Notes: a model not told the origin generated them from the letters alone. A stretch of 63,724 bases of DNA, filler included, from Perkinsus chesapeaki ATCC PRA-425 (GCA_013115145.1; 5 parts of 5 records of this genome joined end to end with filler, not necessarily neighbours in it); one strand, 5' to 3'; positions 1 to 13,899 are shown, counted from the whole stretch's first letter. Numbers and translations are program-made.

Positions 1-156
1 AACCGTTTGTCATCCTGCATTCTTCATGCAATCTTCAAGAAATCTTCATGCATCTTCACGGTGACGTGACAAACTCGGCAAAGTCGACAGAGAAGAAAAA
101 ATAAACCTGCGCTGCCATTTCGGCGGAGCGATGCAATCCCTTCCTACGTGCATTAC

Positions 157-3100
157 ATGCACTTATGTCAATTATGCCACCTCGGCGCAAGATTCGATTT
201 TGCGCCCAACACGGACTTTGACCATCGGACTAATGATATATCCATGAATCTGCTCCCCATCCCGCTTAAGCTAATCTATCTACTCTGTCACCACCTATTG
301 GTTGGCGGTGGGTATGATCTCAACGACCACAGTTGCTTTAATTCGACACTTGAAGCCTTCGACTACAATCAAGTCGACGCTGAATCTGTCAATTACTTCA
401 CCGAAGAGCTCGTCATCGGTAATGTCGAGAGATGTCACATCGCTCGTTTGTCGGCGGCCGTCAGAGTTGCAATATGGAAGGTTCGACAGCTTGCCTTTAC
501 GTGCTTCATACCAACTTTTCCTCGGATATCTCGATGTCCAGTCGACGTCGATGAATCCTTCACTGATATGCCCCAAGTGGGTTCCCTCCTGGACGAGGCC
601 TTCATCTCATCTGTAACAGCCTCGCCTGAGCCTGGTCGTTCCGGCGTTTACTCTGGTTTTCGTGTTCACCTCTTCCTTAAAGGAGCCACCCAATGGCGAA
701 TATTTTCGTTGCTTTATCAGCTTCGTGCTGAATTCGCTGGCCTACAGGAAGCCCTCGCCTACTCTTACGGTGCAGACGTTATCGACTTGGTCATGCTCGT
801 CGCTGGTCCTAGTATGGCTCGCCATCACTCCGAGGTTGTTGGTCAATGTGATGGCTTCGTTCTCAAAGACAAGTGGGAGCATCTCCGCAGATCTACTGTT
901 GAGGCAGCTGAGTTCGTATCGAATTTGCTCAACAGCTCCTCGTCGTGGTCTCGAGAGCTAGAGTTTTCGCATCGCTCCGCCGTTCTCGACGTCATTTATC
1001 GCGGTGCATTCGCAGCTGCAGCGCGTTTGGCGGATTCTATCTTTGTAGAATTCGGCGACGGGCCCGGTCATGAAGCATCCTATAAGGAATGCCTGCTCGG
1101 CACAGTGGCAATGAACCTACTGAGGAGTGTTCCTTTTGCCGTGCTCGACAAGGAAGCCTGGTTGGAACGTTTTCTGGTGGCAGCCATGGCCATGCAGACG
1201 CAGACCTCCTTAGTTGCTAGTCTTGCTGATTCTCGCTTCTGGCCATCGTTCGAGTTCTGGCACCTTCTGGTGGCGTTGAGAACCGCTCAGGATGTGCCCG
1301 GCAGTGCAGCCCCTCCGAATCCACGTTTAATTTCGTTCTTTGCTGCGCCCTTCGACGAGGATATGGTGTCTCTCCCCGGCCCCACGGAGCTGTTCGAGCA
1401 GGCCTACCTGAGAGTACATGGGCCTCAGGGAACAGAAAGGCTATCGAGCGGCGAGCGCCTCGATGTGATGGACGCAGTTCAAACGATCGCCAGTGTTACT
1501 GCCGGCATGCCGGAGGACTCTTTGGTGTACGTTACCATTGGTTATGGAAGCTACTTGAAAAAGGTGGGGAATTTCGGAGAATTTTTCTACGTTAAAGTCT
1601 TTCCGTTGTTTGCAGGTGATCCCCAGATGGTTGCAGTTAACACCAGAGAAGCATCCGTTGCTTGTCTACACAGTCGGCTCTGACGCAGCTCGAGAATGCC
1701 GGCAACTCCAGGCTGGCGGACTGGGTGTCACCTGTCTGGGAGCACCGGAGGGGCTTACTCATCAAACTGCCAAGTCGGGACATATGGAAATTTCTAACCA
1801 TCTCGCCTCCTTAAGGATTCTACCGAGTGGAGGAATTGTGAGGCGCGTGACTAACTAATATATTCCACTATAGTCCACTATTTCCCATTTATCAGCTAGG
1901 AAGTGATAAATAGAGTCAAATCTATGGAAGGCGCATCGCGGAAACTGTCGCGGTAGGAATCGATGCCTAGTGTAATCGAGATAGGATTTGTAAGAATCTT
2001 CGGAGTTAAACTCCCACTGGGAACAATTCCTGTTCCTCGAAGAACATATTACTCGAAAAATTGATGACAATTCTCAGTTGAAGAATTATCTAACTAGGAC
2101 CAAGAGACGATGCTGCTGCATCATCTTCTAGGATTGTCGTTAGATGGTTTATACTCTAATTTTATCCTATAGGTTGTTATTCATTACTTTATTACTCATA
2201 CTGTTAGTTATATTAGTACGTTAACTATTAATAATTATCAATTATTAGCGATTGCCCATTTGTGCATAGATTCGTCGAGATAGTACACAAGAAAATATGA
2301 GATTCTATTAATTTCAAAGTATTCAGCATGACTTTCCAGGGAGTGCATTCTAATGTTGGTTTCTACAGGTACACCATTCTCTCTTTCTTATGTTCATGTG
2401 GTGTGCCGTCGGTCTACTTGGATCTCAATCAAGCACTGCTGCGTGATCCGAGCCCATCGTTGGCACCTATCAGGGACTACGACATGGCGTTCAGCTCCTA
2501 TCTGTTCAGCGACTCGCTTAATCCCTCTGTTATGTAACCAGGTTGAATGGAGGGTCGGAGAAGGACTTCGTACGAGTAGATACAGCCGGCCGTCTAAGCT
2601 TACGTGTCAAGCGCACCGAGACATGCTCCGATGGCTCTGGGAGTCTCCGTTTGCCGATGATCGGGAGGGATGGAATGCGATAGCTGGGCACACTCCTCGG
2701 GACCAGTTCATTAAGAATTATAGAGACGGTCAAGTGTATGGCATCGAGGCGGACAAAGGGCAAAACTGTTATGCAGGTTATCTTTCGCATCTCATCGAAA
2801 AGGTCCAGGCTTCAACTTCACCACGTTGGACAGTCGCAGGGAATTTGCTTCCGGTGATGGATGGATCACGTTCGATAGTGACGACCGAAATACTGGTATA
2901 CGAAATGATGACATGCCTCCAGCAACCGTCACTTCAACAGGCGATCTCGTGGCTATAAGTTTTTGGAGCATGGACGATCCGCGTCACGGCGTCACAGAGG
3001 ACACATTGTTCGACACCTTCTACGGCGGCGGCTCAGAATGCGCCAAGGGTGAGGCCGGGCGAAGCTTCTTTGCAGCGACGAAGTCGGTCTCGGTCTCGGT

Positions 3101-4657
3101 GTAAGGCATCATCATCATCCTCAACAGTGCTGCTGCCTCCTCTAGAGCGGTCATCCTCGGAATGCCTATCATCGGAAGCAATCGACATTATCAATAAATA
3201 CAGACAAGTGCCGAAATGGGTGGAGGACAATGAGACAGCTGAAGAGCTGTCGAGGAGTAAACTGGTGTCTGTGAGCTACGCTGAAGGATGCTGTGAGCAA
3301 TCGAAGGAAAGAAATCGCCAAAGTGCATTAGGAAATGGGATCGATGAAGTATCTCGTGTAGCCCATGGGAAACCGAGGACTTTGGTTGTTCCTCAGGTCA
3401 GGATGTACAATGGATCCATGCTCGATCCTGAGTGGCGTCAGCGCAACTCAGCCATTCTATCACTGCCGAGGGGAGCGGGCTACTGGCTGTGGAAACCGTA
3501 ACCGAGCTTGCCAAGAACAATTTCACCGCGACCGGCTTAGATTCGTCATCTTGGACACGCTGCTGGACGATTCACTGCCGTGGTTCTCTTCGGTCGTGCT
3601 GTATCTAGACGCCGGCAACCACTACACGGCGAATCCGCGCAGTGTCGGTAAAATCCTTTACCGCAGCTTAGCGTGGTAAATTCTCCTCAGTCGGGCGCGC
3701 TCTGCTTCACACTGATGTGGCGGCACCGTTGCTGAAGTGCTGCCTGGAGAGCGACTGGGCGAAACGGGACGCCATTCGTCTTCTCGCTCCAGCGGAGCCA
3801 CCTGCAGTGGTCGATCGGCCGCAAACAGCGGCGTACTTCCTAATGTTCAGGCAAGTTTCACTGCACGGCCGCGGAGTCGGCATCAATTCTCTGGTCGCAG
3901 GAAAACTCCCGTGGCGGTTGATTTTGTGAAGAGGTGGCTTCGAGCGTGCGAGGACTATCGGGTAGGAGCGAGTGATAGTGGAACGTCGGATGTGTCCCTG
4001 AAGCTCGGAATTTTCCGGCGAAATTCCCAGTGCATATCGGCGCTAGACACACTTTTGGCTCCCCGTGGGACACTTTTCTATGTGGCTAGATGTCTCCTTG
4101 GCGGGAAGTTGTTCGCTCTCCTCCTCCACATTTCGCACCGTGAGCGTTTTGTCGATGAGGAGGAGCATGTATCTTCATTGGAATCGAGCGTGAAAAGTTA
4201 GGACAATACCACATTAGTTGGTTTAACTTAGTGTCGCTCGGGGCACGGTCTACTAGACAGTGTTGTGAGATTTCATAGGAAGTCTGAGTAGCTTCGTGAA
4301 CTGTATACGTCAATAGTCATCGGAGGGCATCCTTCTATTAATGACTAATAATCGAGTACGACCGTGGAGGCCTCACTGACGGTGGGCGAGTGGCCCCTTA
4401 TCTGCAGTAGCCGCTGAATACCCTTAACGCACGGGCTTTGCGAGTGAGTCGCTATGCAGGTGGTGACTGATTATGAGAATGAGGAAGGTTATCGGAACTA
4501 CCCGACATTCACCAGACATGTCCATGACCAAGCTGCATTCTCCATCCTTTTCAAACTAGGAGGCTTCACTGCATTCGACCTGGATGATGCTCATCGTGTC
4601 ATGAATCTCTCAAGATGGCGAGATTAGTCGTCATGCTGCCATGCTGTCTCTTTTCGA
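157..4657 (+). CDS. Multi-exon glycosyltransferase-like protein: long N-terminal exon, nucleotide-diphospho-sugar transferase (PF03407/GT77-like) domain, then a DUF1647-like GT domain
   Basis: Joining exons at GT-AG sites (1566/1613, ~1773/2368, ~2533/2579) gives VYVTIGYGSYLKKVIPRW...TAKYTILSFLCSCGVPSVYLDLNQALLRDP...DYDMAF...NPSVIYSRP...DDREGWNAI, which follows the PF03407 pattern. Downstream exons give VLYLDAG, FVKRWLRAC and FTRHVHDQAAFSILFK, resembling the DUF1647 H-DQS motif. Family match is by eye only. Confidence 0.55.
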
Positions 4658-4875
4658 CATGTCTTGCGCTGTTATTCTCGACCTGGCAAAAACGTGTCGA
4701 GCAGTTTGACGAATCGTCAACATGTCACCAACCGGTCACGTTTTAGCATCACTCGCTCTTTCAATATTTACACTGCTTCCTTTACGCGGAGCATTGGCAA
4801 GGTAAGCGGAGAACCATCAGTTTTGGAGTCTGGCATATCTGGTTTAGCCGCTCAGAGGAGATATTCTCTTTTCAG

Positions 4876-6601
4876 GTCCATGGCGTCGGTCGCACCTCAC
4901 GCGAATGGCCCAAGTACACTGGTGCAGATAGGGTAAGTTGAGTATCTCTAAATAAATTAGGGAATGCTTTAGAACGGCGGAAAATCTGGACCCCACTCTA
5001 CCGCCTCAGTCAGAGGCTCACAGTACGGCTACAACAACAACGACAACAACTACATTGGCACCTCCGGCTGCTGCTGCTACGCCGCTCAACTCGTCGCATA
5101 CCTATAAGGGAATCGAAGTGAGAGATATATAATTATAATCTAAGATTAATGTGTATTATGATATATAATATTATAAATAGAAGGATTAAAGTGAACTGTT
5201 ATTAATGAACGATATATAATTGTTAGATTCAAGTCCATTATTATTTATATTGTATAAATACTCGTGCACACTGCGATGATAGACAGTAGCTGTTTGTCAG
5301 TTACGGCGATTGTCAAAAGATTCTCTGTCCTCCTTGCCATCCACGGAGGAAAGGGTGTATTCAATTGTAACTCAGAGTGATGCGATCAAAGGCTTCAAGA
5401 AGTAGATGGTTGATTAGAATAGATTTCGCATTGTTCAAGTTGCTCAGTTACATTGTTAAAGGAGAATACTTGCCCTGTGACTATCAAGGGTGTCTAATGT
5501 ATGCCTGTGGGTATTGCAAAAAGACATCTGGAATGCTCGGTGAGAGACGCTCTTCTTCGGAGGGCACCGGCGTCGACGTGGTGGTGATGTCAGCAACGAC
5601 TAGCTTTACTTGTCCGTCTGTCAAGCTAGTGCGAGATGATCACCAAAGGACTATTATGCAGACACACGCTGGAGACTTTTGCGATCTAGCTCCAAAAGAG
5701 AAGTACGCACGCGTTCCTCCAGTAGATCTCTGTTCTACTATTTGAGCACATTTCTGTTCCCGTATTCGGATCTACGTTACTCTTCATCTCAAGTAGGCCC
5801 CAGAAGGGACACCATTGGTCTTATCTTTTATATATTGCAAGTCTGCCGAATGACAGAGAAAACAATATTATTTGGATAAACAGGTTTTTGCAGCTTTAAG
5901 GCGGCAGTTAGACGACATCCTGGAATCTATAAATTTGCTATCAATAAGAAAACCTGTAGTGTGGATTTTACCATTATAACTTTTTCGCTAAAGACTGTTA
6001 CTCAGCGACTTTTCGTGTTTCAGGATTGACCATTTTGAGGATCGTACCTGCCCGGCGATCCTCGGCCTTGGGAAAGGTAAGCCTAGCTCGTCCTCCTCAC
6101 ACGCATACCGTTATAATAGGTGTCCCGCCAGCACAGGCATATTCCGAGCAACTCATCAGAGTGAAGCCGTATAAAGGTGCTAATCCTCGAGTTACAGCCC
6201 AGTTCGCAGCGAAGAAGGAAGAAGACATTACCGGCAGATTGCCAGTTCTAAAAGACGGTGAGAATCTGATCGTCTCTTGTACCGTATTTGCTCCCTCAGG
6301 AACGGTCGACTGTACCCATCTACTTCTTCATTTCGAGGCAGGCCAACCACCACCGGTCCCGATCAACCCGTTGTGGTCGCCTGGTGGAGAGGCCTTCCCA
6401 CCGCCTCCCGCCGACGGATCACCCCCGACCCCTCAGACCGTGTACGCTAATGGACAGCCAGCAGCACCGGGCGGCGGGCAGCTGGATGCTAATCATCCTT
6501 TGGCACAAGGACCGATGAACCTTTCACGTTCATATACCTTTTCTTTACACTATGTTGTTTTCATTATGAGCACAATGCTGCTATTTTTATCCACTTCATA
6601 A
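4876..6601 (+). CDS. Probable C-terminal exons of the same gene (or a separate surface protein): Thr-rich linker, Cys-containing region, Pro-rich stalk, hydrophobic C-terminus (TM/GPI-like)
   Basis: Exon 4961-5118 reads ...ATTTTTTTTLAPPAAAATP...; ORF 6026-6601 is Pro-rich and ends YVVFIMSTMLLFLSTS-stop; GT-AG boundaries flank the exons. Confidence 0.45.
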
Positions 6602-7013
6602 ACAATCACGGTAAATGCCTTCATTACGACGCCCCAATGGGCGCCGACATTGTGTTTGTTGTCGTTAACTTTTTGTTGAATTAATAGTTGTCAACTTGTA
6701 CACACTGTAGGGGTGAACCCTCTCTTCCTTCTGTGGGAACTCAGACGACTAATTGATAATTAGTTGTTATAAGCAAGGAAAGATGAGAGACTCATCATGA
6801 ATCTTACCTATCATTAGATGATCCACAATGATAGGAAGCATAATCGACACCACTAGTGATTCGTTTGTTTAACCTGTTTGCTGTTGAAAACTGTACAACT
6901 CAATACAATGGTTATCGGACAACAGTCATATATCATTAGCTAGACACTACCCGTTTGATCAGAAGATCTGAGAATAATAACGACCAGTAACTTTCATCGG
7001 CAATCCCACAAAC

Positions 7014-9917
7014 TCACCCGTTTGAACAACTCCATGGCCTTCTTTGCGAATCCAACAATTCGACTTCCAATGCTTCCCCCTTCCTTTGATGCCTCCTCCT
7101 CCTATTAAGAATCAGATAAGGAGCAACCGCAGGATCCGCGCCACACTTTTTGCTTACATCAGACTTGTCAAATCGCTTCCATGTCCTCCTCCGCACCGTA
7201 TTCTCCACAGCAGCGGTTTTAGCCCGGGTTGACCGTGGGCGTTCATCTTTCAGATCCGACTGACAATCGACGTGGCCAGTGGTCGAATCCATCGGATAAA
7301 CTGCTCCTACCGATAAGCTTCCCGAAGATTCCCCTTCCGTCTCCTCAGCAGCCGGAGATGGTTCCTCCTCCTTCTCATCATCATCGCCGCCCTACAATAG
7401 TAAAAACCGTGAGAATGCAGTCTAAGGGACAGTCGACTAACCTTGGTCTCGTCGAACCGTCTTCGTAACCATGGTGTGAACCGATTGATGTTATTTCCAA
7501 CAGGATGAGCAAGGGGTTGATTATTGTACTTAGTGGCTTTGTACCGTCTATCGGGTTGCGTGACAGCCTGAAAGTGAGCGTCAGCAAGCGCTCAGGCACA
7601 AGTCCATTGGCCTACTGAAAAGCTCTTCTTCGACTCTTCGGAAGATACTTCATTCTCAGGAACAGCAGCAGCAGCCTGAGACCGAAGCATTATCACTGTC
7701 GCTGAACTGCTGCAATCGACTTGGATGAAATTAGGAGTTCCGTGGACTTTAAAGTCGCATTCAAGTGACGCAGCTTACTTCCTTAGTGTTCTCATCACCT
7801 TCATCTAACTTCGGTAAATCCCAGAGTAAGGTATCAAACTTGTCGGTCGAATTTGAAGTTGATTCGGCATCCTGACAAACTCAACGATCAACATACCGAT
7901 AAGAATTCTATCATCACGACCGCTCAACCGACCATCCACTGGTAGTAGATTAGCGCAACATTGGCGACTAGTGGCAGAGTCATCCCCAAACTCACCTCCT
8001 CATCAAACTTTCTTGGTACCCATGGTGTCCGTCTATCGATATTATTCCCTTTCACCGCACTATCCTTCTTGCCAGCCGAGGTGGGCACTTTGAGCCCTTT
8101 CGGGGGCTTGTCGTGTGTCGTCTTGTCCCCATTCTTCGAAGAACTCGAGTCTCCTTCTTTGTCCTGAGAACCGCGACGCCATACAACAGCATACTGTGAA
8201 TTAAACATCAGTGTTACAGATGAATTATCACTATCGTCAACACTATTTGATCATTTTATTCAGGATGAATATTGTCTACGGTCTCCACTTGCCGAGTCCC
8301 TTACGCTAGTTCACAGCGTCCTCGACTCTGCTCTACGGAGATGAGAGCCCATTCCACTGGTACTAATTCTCTTCTGGAATACTCCCCCATTTTCGACTCA
8401 AGTTTATATATAAACTTATAACTCATAAACAGTTGTACATCGCGTCACCGGCTACGGTAAAGGATGGTGGCAGATCGACGCAGCTCATCCGAATATCCGA
8501 ATCACTGGGGCATTTTCACGCATAAAACTGCACACATTGCGCAAAGATACTGGCTGAATTCGGAAGCCCGAGATGCCAGAACGACTGTCGCCCTATTGTT
8601 AGTGAGCTTAAGGTAGAGACACCAACCATCATCCAAGTGATGATCCACTATGAGTGTCATCATCGAGGGCTGTGGAGTTTGAGAATAACTTACTTTCTTA
8701 TCGCTTTCATCATCTTCATCAAGCTTTGGTAAGTCCCAGGATAATGTGTCGGAATTGTCTGTCGAATTTGAACTTGATTCGCCTTCCTGAGAAACATAAA
8801 AATGAGTAACCTTTGAGACCATTGGCAGCAGCAGCCCCAAACAGGGAATCTAAGGTGACTTTTGTGATATTAGTAATAGCGTGGGCCATCGATAATCCAC
8901 AGTAGGATAATGGACTGTGACCTTCAATTGGTGTTGTCGTCGTCGACCTTGACTTTTCAAACTCACCTCCTCCTTTTCTTCAAATCTTCTCCGCACCCAT
9001 GGCATTGGTCTAGCCATTGCATTCCCCCTCACCGAAACGCGTCCAACATTGTCATTGCCCTGATAGAAGACAGCAGGGGTGGCGACGGCGGCGGCAGAGG
9101 TGCAGTCCAATTCAACCAACCTTCCTGTTTAAAGATTCTTCCGAGGGGAGACCAACACGTTTCGGATTCTCCCCGGTGCTCTGAAAATGACCATCCTTTC
9201 TCCCACACTTTATTGTTGTTGTCCCAAACTGCAGCAGTTTATCGGAACTACTCACCTTCGTTCCATCATCTATCTTCACAACAGATCCCTCATTTTCATT
9301 AACCTCTACGGCCTGCACTTTCGCACTCTCTGGAATGGCCCCACTCACAAGGCCAGTGACATTTTCCTAACACCGAAGATGTGTTGAAAACGGATGATCA
9401 CTTTGGACAAGGGCAAACCACAATTTTTGTCATCAGGGAGGAACCCAGTAGAGTGGGAAAATTCGGGAAATTAGGCAAAATCGCTGCAAGTTTTCCGCTC
9501 TCGCTTACGTTGGTTTCATCAAACCGTTTCCGTTCCCTCGGGATCCGGTCTGCCACGTTCCCTTTTGCAGCGCGCGGCCCATGGTGGCTCTTCGGTGCGG
9601 GAGTGGTCGACTAACAACAATCAGCATTGACTTCTACAGCATTGCCTCCTGCCTACCTCAGATACGTCCGGAGCGTCTCCAGGTTTACTGTCATCCTGAG
9701 GGAAAATGCTATCATAGATAGACGACACTCACTCGGGTGATGTTGAACCCACCTCTCCGACGGAATGACTTTTCTTATCCCTCGTCGGTTTGACCTCTCC
9801 TTTCAGCCCTGATAACAATTAAACTAGTTATGTGGATTAGATGTCGACCATCTTACCAGCGGCAAAGTAAAGTGATAAAAGTAGCAAGTTGATTGGATTC
9901 TTCAAGATGTATGTCAT
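7014..9917 (-). CDS. Orphan secreted, charged low-complexity protein with internal exon repeats (may be two tandem paralogs)
   Basis: First exon MTYILKNPINLLLLSLYFAAG (signal peptide-like, ATG 9917). Two near-duplicate exons: ESSSNSTDNSDTLSWDLPKLDEDD (~8700-8790) and AESTSNSTDKFDTLLWDLPKLDEGD (~7790-7872). Three exons end in a GN..R.P...R[RK]F[DE]E motif. Confidence 0.5.
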
Positions 9918-9974
9918 TTACGAGTTGGTATTAGCTACAAAGGAGGATTACCAGTAACAGTCCATCATATTCAT

Positions 9975-9997
9975 AACAACAACAACAACAACAACAA
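9975..9997. repeat. (AAC)n microsatellite
   Basis: About seven perfect AAC units. Confidence 0.9.
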
Positions 9998-10229
9998 GGG
10001 GACCGCATTAATATATCATGACAAAGTCAAAACCCTCCGACATATACCGGCTACGGCGGCGGCGGTGGCCTCCACCACACTGTCACCCTCAGAATACCTG
10101 ATAGATATCATAGGCACACTAGCCATGTGAGTCCCAGCAGCAGCAGCAGATGCAAATGAATTATTACCCGTTCAAGAAAGGTCAAGATTCTGTCTTGGTA
10201 TTGCTTAAGAGCATTTGTCACTTCCTTCA

Positions 10230-10775
10230 AGGCTGCTGTGTGCTGTGGTGATGATGATGCATCCTAGGTGAGGGTATCCTCCCCTCCGCGGAAGGCAATT
10301 CGAAGCCACTACTTTTTCATCGAATCTTCTCTGTACCCATGGTACGCGCTGATTGACCTTGTTGCCCACGGCTCGCCTGTCAGCCTTTTTTGGAATGATC
10401 TCCTCTTTATGATCTTCATTTTCCTTATCGACATCAGTTCAGCAAGCGCTCAACCCTGCAACCTCCCTACCTCCTTGGCTAGGCTATGTCGTGAGGATTC
10501 GCGGCTGTCTCTGGATGAATCGCGCGCTGCTCGCCGACGATCAATCCTAGCGGCGCCCTGAATCCGTCATCCATTCCAAGCCTTTCGGTTACCCAGCACC
10601 TACCCGCGGCTTTCTTTGCTCGGCATGGTGTGAGTTGCTCACACTGATGTAGTTCGAGTTGTCTGAGGCAATAATGGAAATGACGAACGGTTCCTCCTGA
10701 CAGTGGCGGAGACCGACCTGTCGCCGATGCCAGGCAAGCTACTAGTAGTAAAGAAGTGGTTATGATATTTAGCAT
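10230..10775 (-). CDS. Orphan secreted protein related to the 7014-9917 gene; 3' end not resolved
   Basis: Signal peptide MLNIITTSLLLVACLASA; later exons GAARIDRRRAARDSSRDSRESS and ...AVGNKVNQRVPWVQRRFDEK followed by a GT donor. Confidence 0.55.
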
Positions 10776-11459
10776 AGAGAAGGTGAAATAGGTAATGGCT
10801 GAGATATCCTTACGAGTGAAGATAGGGCGGAAACAGCATCCATCAACACCTTACTCATAATACTCAACTTCCAATGAAGAACAAGGACAACACTAGGGGA
10901 ACGAGACACCAAAGCTCATGAAGAGTCCTCATTAACTTGGTTATGATTCTTGTGTGTTACAGTAATCCTGGAACCTCAGAAGAGGATGCTGGGCCCGACA
11001 GCGAGGCTGCATTTAACGTCTCCTTTTGGTCCAGCTACCCATTTTCAACCTAAACTTCCAATACATCTGCGCCCTTTTCAGTTTTCTAGTAGCACGTTTC
11101 TGTGGGGCGACTAGATGAGCCTCTGGTCACTAATCACCATTAACGACGCAACATGGCAACGGTTCAAACAACAACAGTCCTTCTCTTCAAATCATGAGTT
11201 TCACCTATCACGCTCCGCCGGATATCTCCACAGCTGGCCCGAGAACAGGGTCGATAATAGGGATATCTGCGGACCCTACCACGACGACCAGCATGTCACA
11301 TCACCCGCAGCAGGTCTATCAACGTTACCTTTACCGAGTCGACCGTGATTGACATAATTTCCAATCTTGCACCATGACGCTAGGAATGCCTCCTTGACCT
11401 TAGGGCCGGCCTTCTCCCCTCCAGACCTCACGCCATCGAGAATCTAAATAATAGGGCCG

Positions 11460-12629
11460 CTACTGTAAATGAGTGGCGCTGCCCATAGCTACCCTCCTTC
11501 TGTAGTCGGTGTGAACTGCTATTAACGCTCCGAGGACTACCAAGGAGATGCCGAAAGCACCGATGGCAGCGTGCAGAAGTCTGAACAAGAAAGATGTATC
11601 ACGTGGGAGTTTCGGGTTTTCAGCCCGTTCAAGGTGAAGTAAGCCGAAAGACAACCAAACGGGCTTCAAAGAGATTGCCGGGCGTCTAGAGGTTCACTTT
11701 CGTGACCCTAATCCTCGACTATTTTCTCCTGAAAGCGGTGGTCCCTGGTTTACAAACGCCGTGGGGATCTATTTCTCGAGGGGCAGATTTCGGTTCCTTC
11801 CACAGTTGCACTCTCCCAAAACTGACCTGTGCAGTACACCTAGATGTCCGGTCTGCACCTCTGGAACGTCGGATAGTTTAACTAGGCTCTTAGGGGCTTC
11901 CTTGACTTGAGGTCTAAACCCAAAGGTCTCCGGTTCGAATCCAACGTGTGACATCCCTACTTTGCATTTACTGCTGGTTGCTGGGCGTACAAGGGCTGGA
12001 GGTCGGGATCGTTCAAGAATACCTAGACAACAACACCAAGAGCTTATGAAAAAACCGTCACGCGCCACGAAATACCGACATTGGTGTCCAAAACGTCATA
12101 TTTGTCATTAAAGAGGGCATCGGTATCTGACGGCAGTGGAGCGAACTTCTTCGGGACCTGCAATGAAATCGGCAGCCCAACTTGTATATCGACCTGTACC
12201 TCCTCCTCCTCTTGAGCCTGCCTGAGCCGTCTTCTGGAAGCTCCTTGCTCCAAGATGGAAGTGCCCTCGTCATGAATTTTCCGATGAGATTTCTACAGTG
12301 AAATTAGGAAATTTGGAGAAAATATTTCTTACCTTGGCTTTCGACTTTTTCTTGTTTTCTTTTGATTTGCCGTGATGATGATGGTGATGATGCCCCTTTT
12401 GCTGATTTACGAGGAATGCGGTATGAAATGCAACACATGTCTACTTTGTGTGATTTGTCTCCTCCAGCGGTCACGGAGTTCTTCGGAAACTCCTTCTCGG
12501 CGTTCGCAGTGATAAAAAAGCAAAGCCAAAGGGCTATAAAAACTGACAAATCGACTTTTGCTGATATCAGCTACGACGGGAATGCTTACTTTTAATACCA
12601 AAAGTCTTCGAGGAGAAGCTCAGACGCAT
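11460..12629 (-). CDS. Orphan type-I membrane/secreted protein
   Basis: Spliced N-terminus MRLSFSSKTFGIK|IFIALWLCFFITANA is signal-like; last exon AAIGAFGISLVVLGALIAVHTDYRRR is a TM helix followed by basic residues. Confidence 0.5.
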
Positions 12630-12965
12630 GGCAAAAAGGGTAATGGCTACAAACAAAATTGTGACGCCGTGACGTAGCAAATAACACAACAGAAATGAAC
12701 ACTTTACAACATATAATTGCATCACCTTCAAGGTGGTACTGCTGATGCTCGTCATTACTCTTGCTGAAAATAACGGTATAAGATCTTGACTTAGGTTGAA
12801 AGAGGCCTTACAATGCCATATCGAGAATTATGCTCGCATTGCTTCCTCCTCTCCTCGCCATGCTCCTCCTCCTCGACTTCCTAATCATCACCATCGATTA
12901 ACCGAAGGCCGTGCAACCGAATCGTAGGAGATGCTCAAGGGGGCATATGACAACCACTGATCCGC

Positions 12966-13752
12966 TTAAGACCTCACTTCCGTTCTTACCGCTTTGAACT
13001 GAGCCTCGTTATCCTCTCCCGGACCTTTGGATTGCAAGTATGAGATCTGAAAGAAAGCACGAGAGAAGAAGAGACTAATAATAGAGAAAGATGGCAATGG
13101 GAAATTCGTACTATCAACTGATCGTTGCGGCGGCGAATGATATATGAATCTGTGCCGATGGCTGCATTCTACCGCCTCGAAGCACTTAGTGATGATCTTG
13201 CCAAATAACTTAATATTCTCAATTATGCCCAAATGGTATAAATTTCTAACGTTCTGGATAGTCCCCGACTCGAAGTCGGGGATATTTTATCGTAATGTTT
13301 GACCTAACTGGCCAATCTAGTGTGTAGCATAACAAATGTAGCTAGCTGTGTATCGCTGCAGACGACAGGACCCGGCCTTCCGGTAGTACAAGGTGATCGG
13401 GGTATTATCGAGTCCAGGCGGATCGAACCAGTCAACAAGTCACATAGTAAATGCGCGCATGCTCAAGCGTAGAGTGCAGTTGAATAGATATGAAGTCCTT
13501 TGTCACCTTTTCAGGGCATTTAACCCGCCTCCTGTTGTGAGTAGTATCCTGAGCCTCTAACTCAGCGAAGGACATCTCATTCCCGGGAAGTGGTCCTTTG
13601 GTCTTCCTGGCTTGCTGGAGCAAATTGAAGTCGAAGTTCGGGCCCATCACAATTCCATCTGAAATATAAAATACAAAGTACAGTATCCTATCGCGGAGTA
13701 GCTTACCGATGCCGACAATAGCCGAGATCGTCACGAGGAGTTTGCTAAGCAT
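12966..13752 (-). CDS. Orphan secreted protein
   Basis: MLSKLLVTISAIVGIG followed by a GTAAG donor; downstream exons ...GNEMSFAELEAQ... and ...KAVRTEVRS-stop. Confidence 0.45.
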
Positions 13753-13899
13753 TTAAAGTTGGTAATGAAAGTAATAGCTGATAAAGTATAAAAATAAAAG
13801 CCAGAGAACCACAAACATGAAGCTTCAACCAAATCCATTAGATAAACGCTAGCCAAATAATTTCCGATTTCTAGAATCTTTCCGCCTTTTTTCGGTAAA

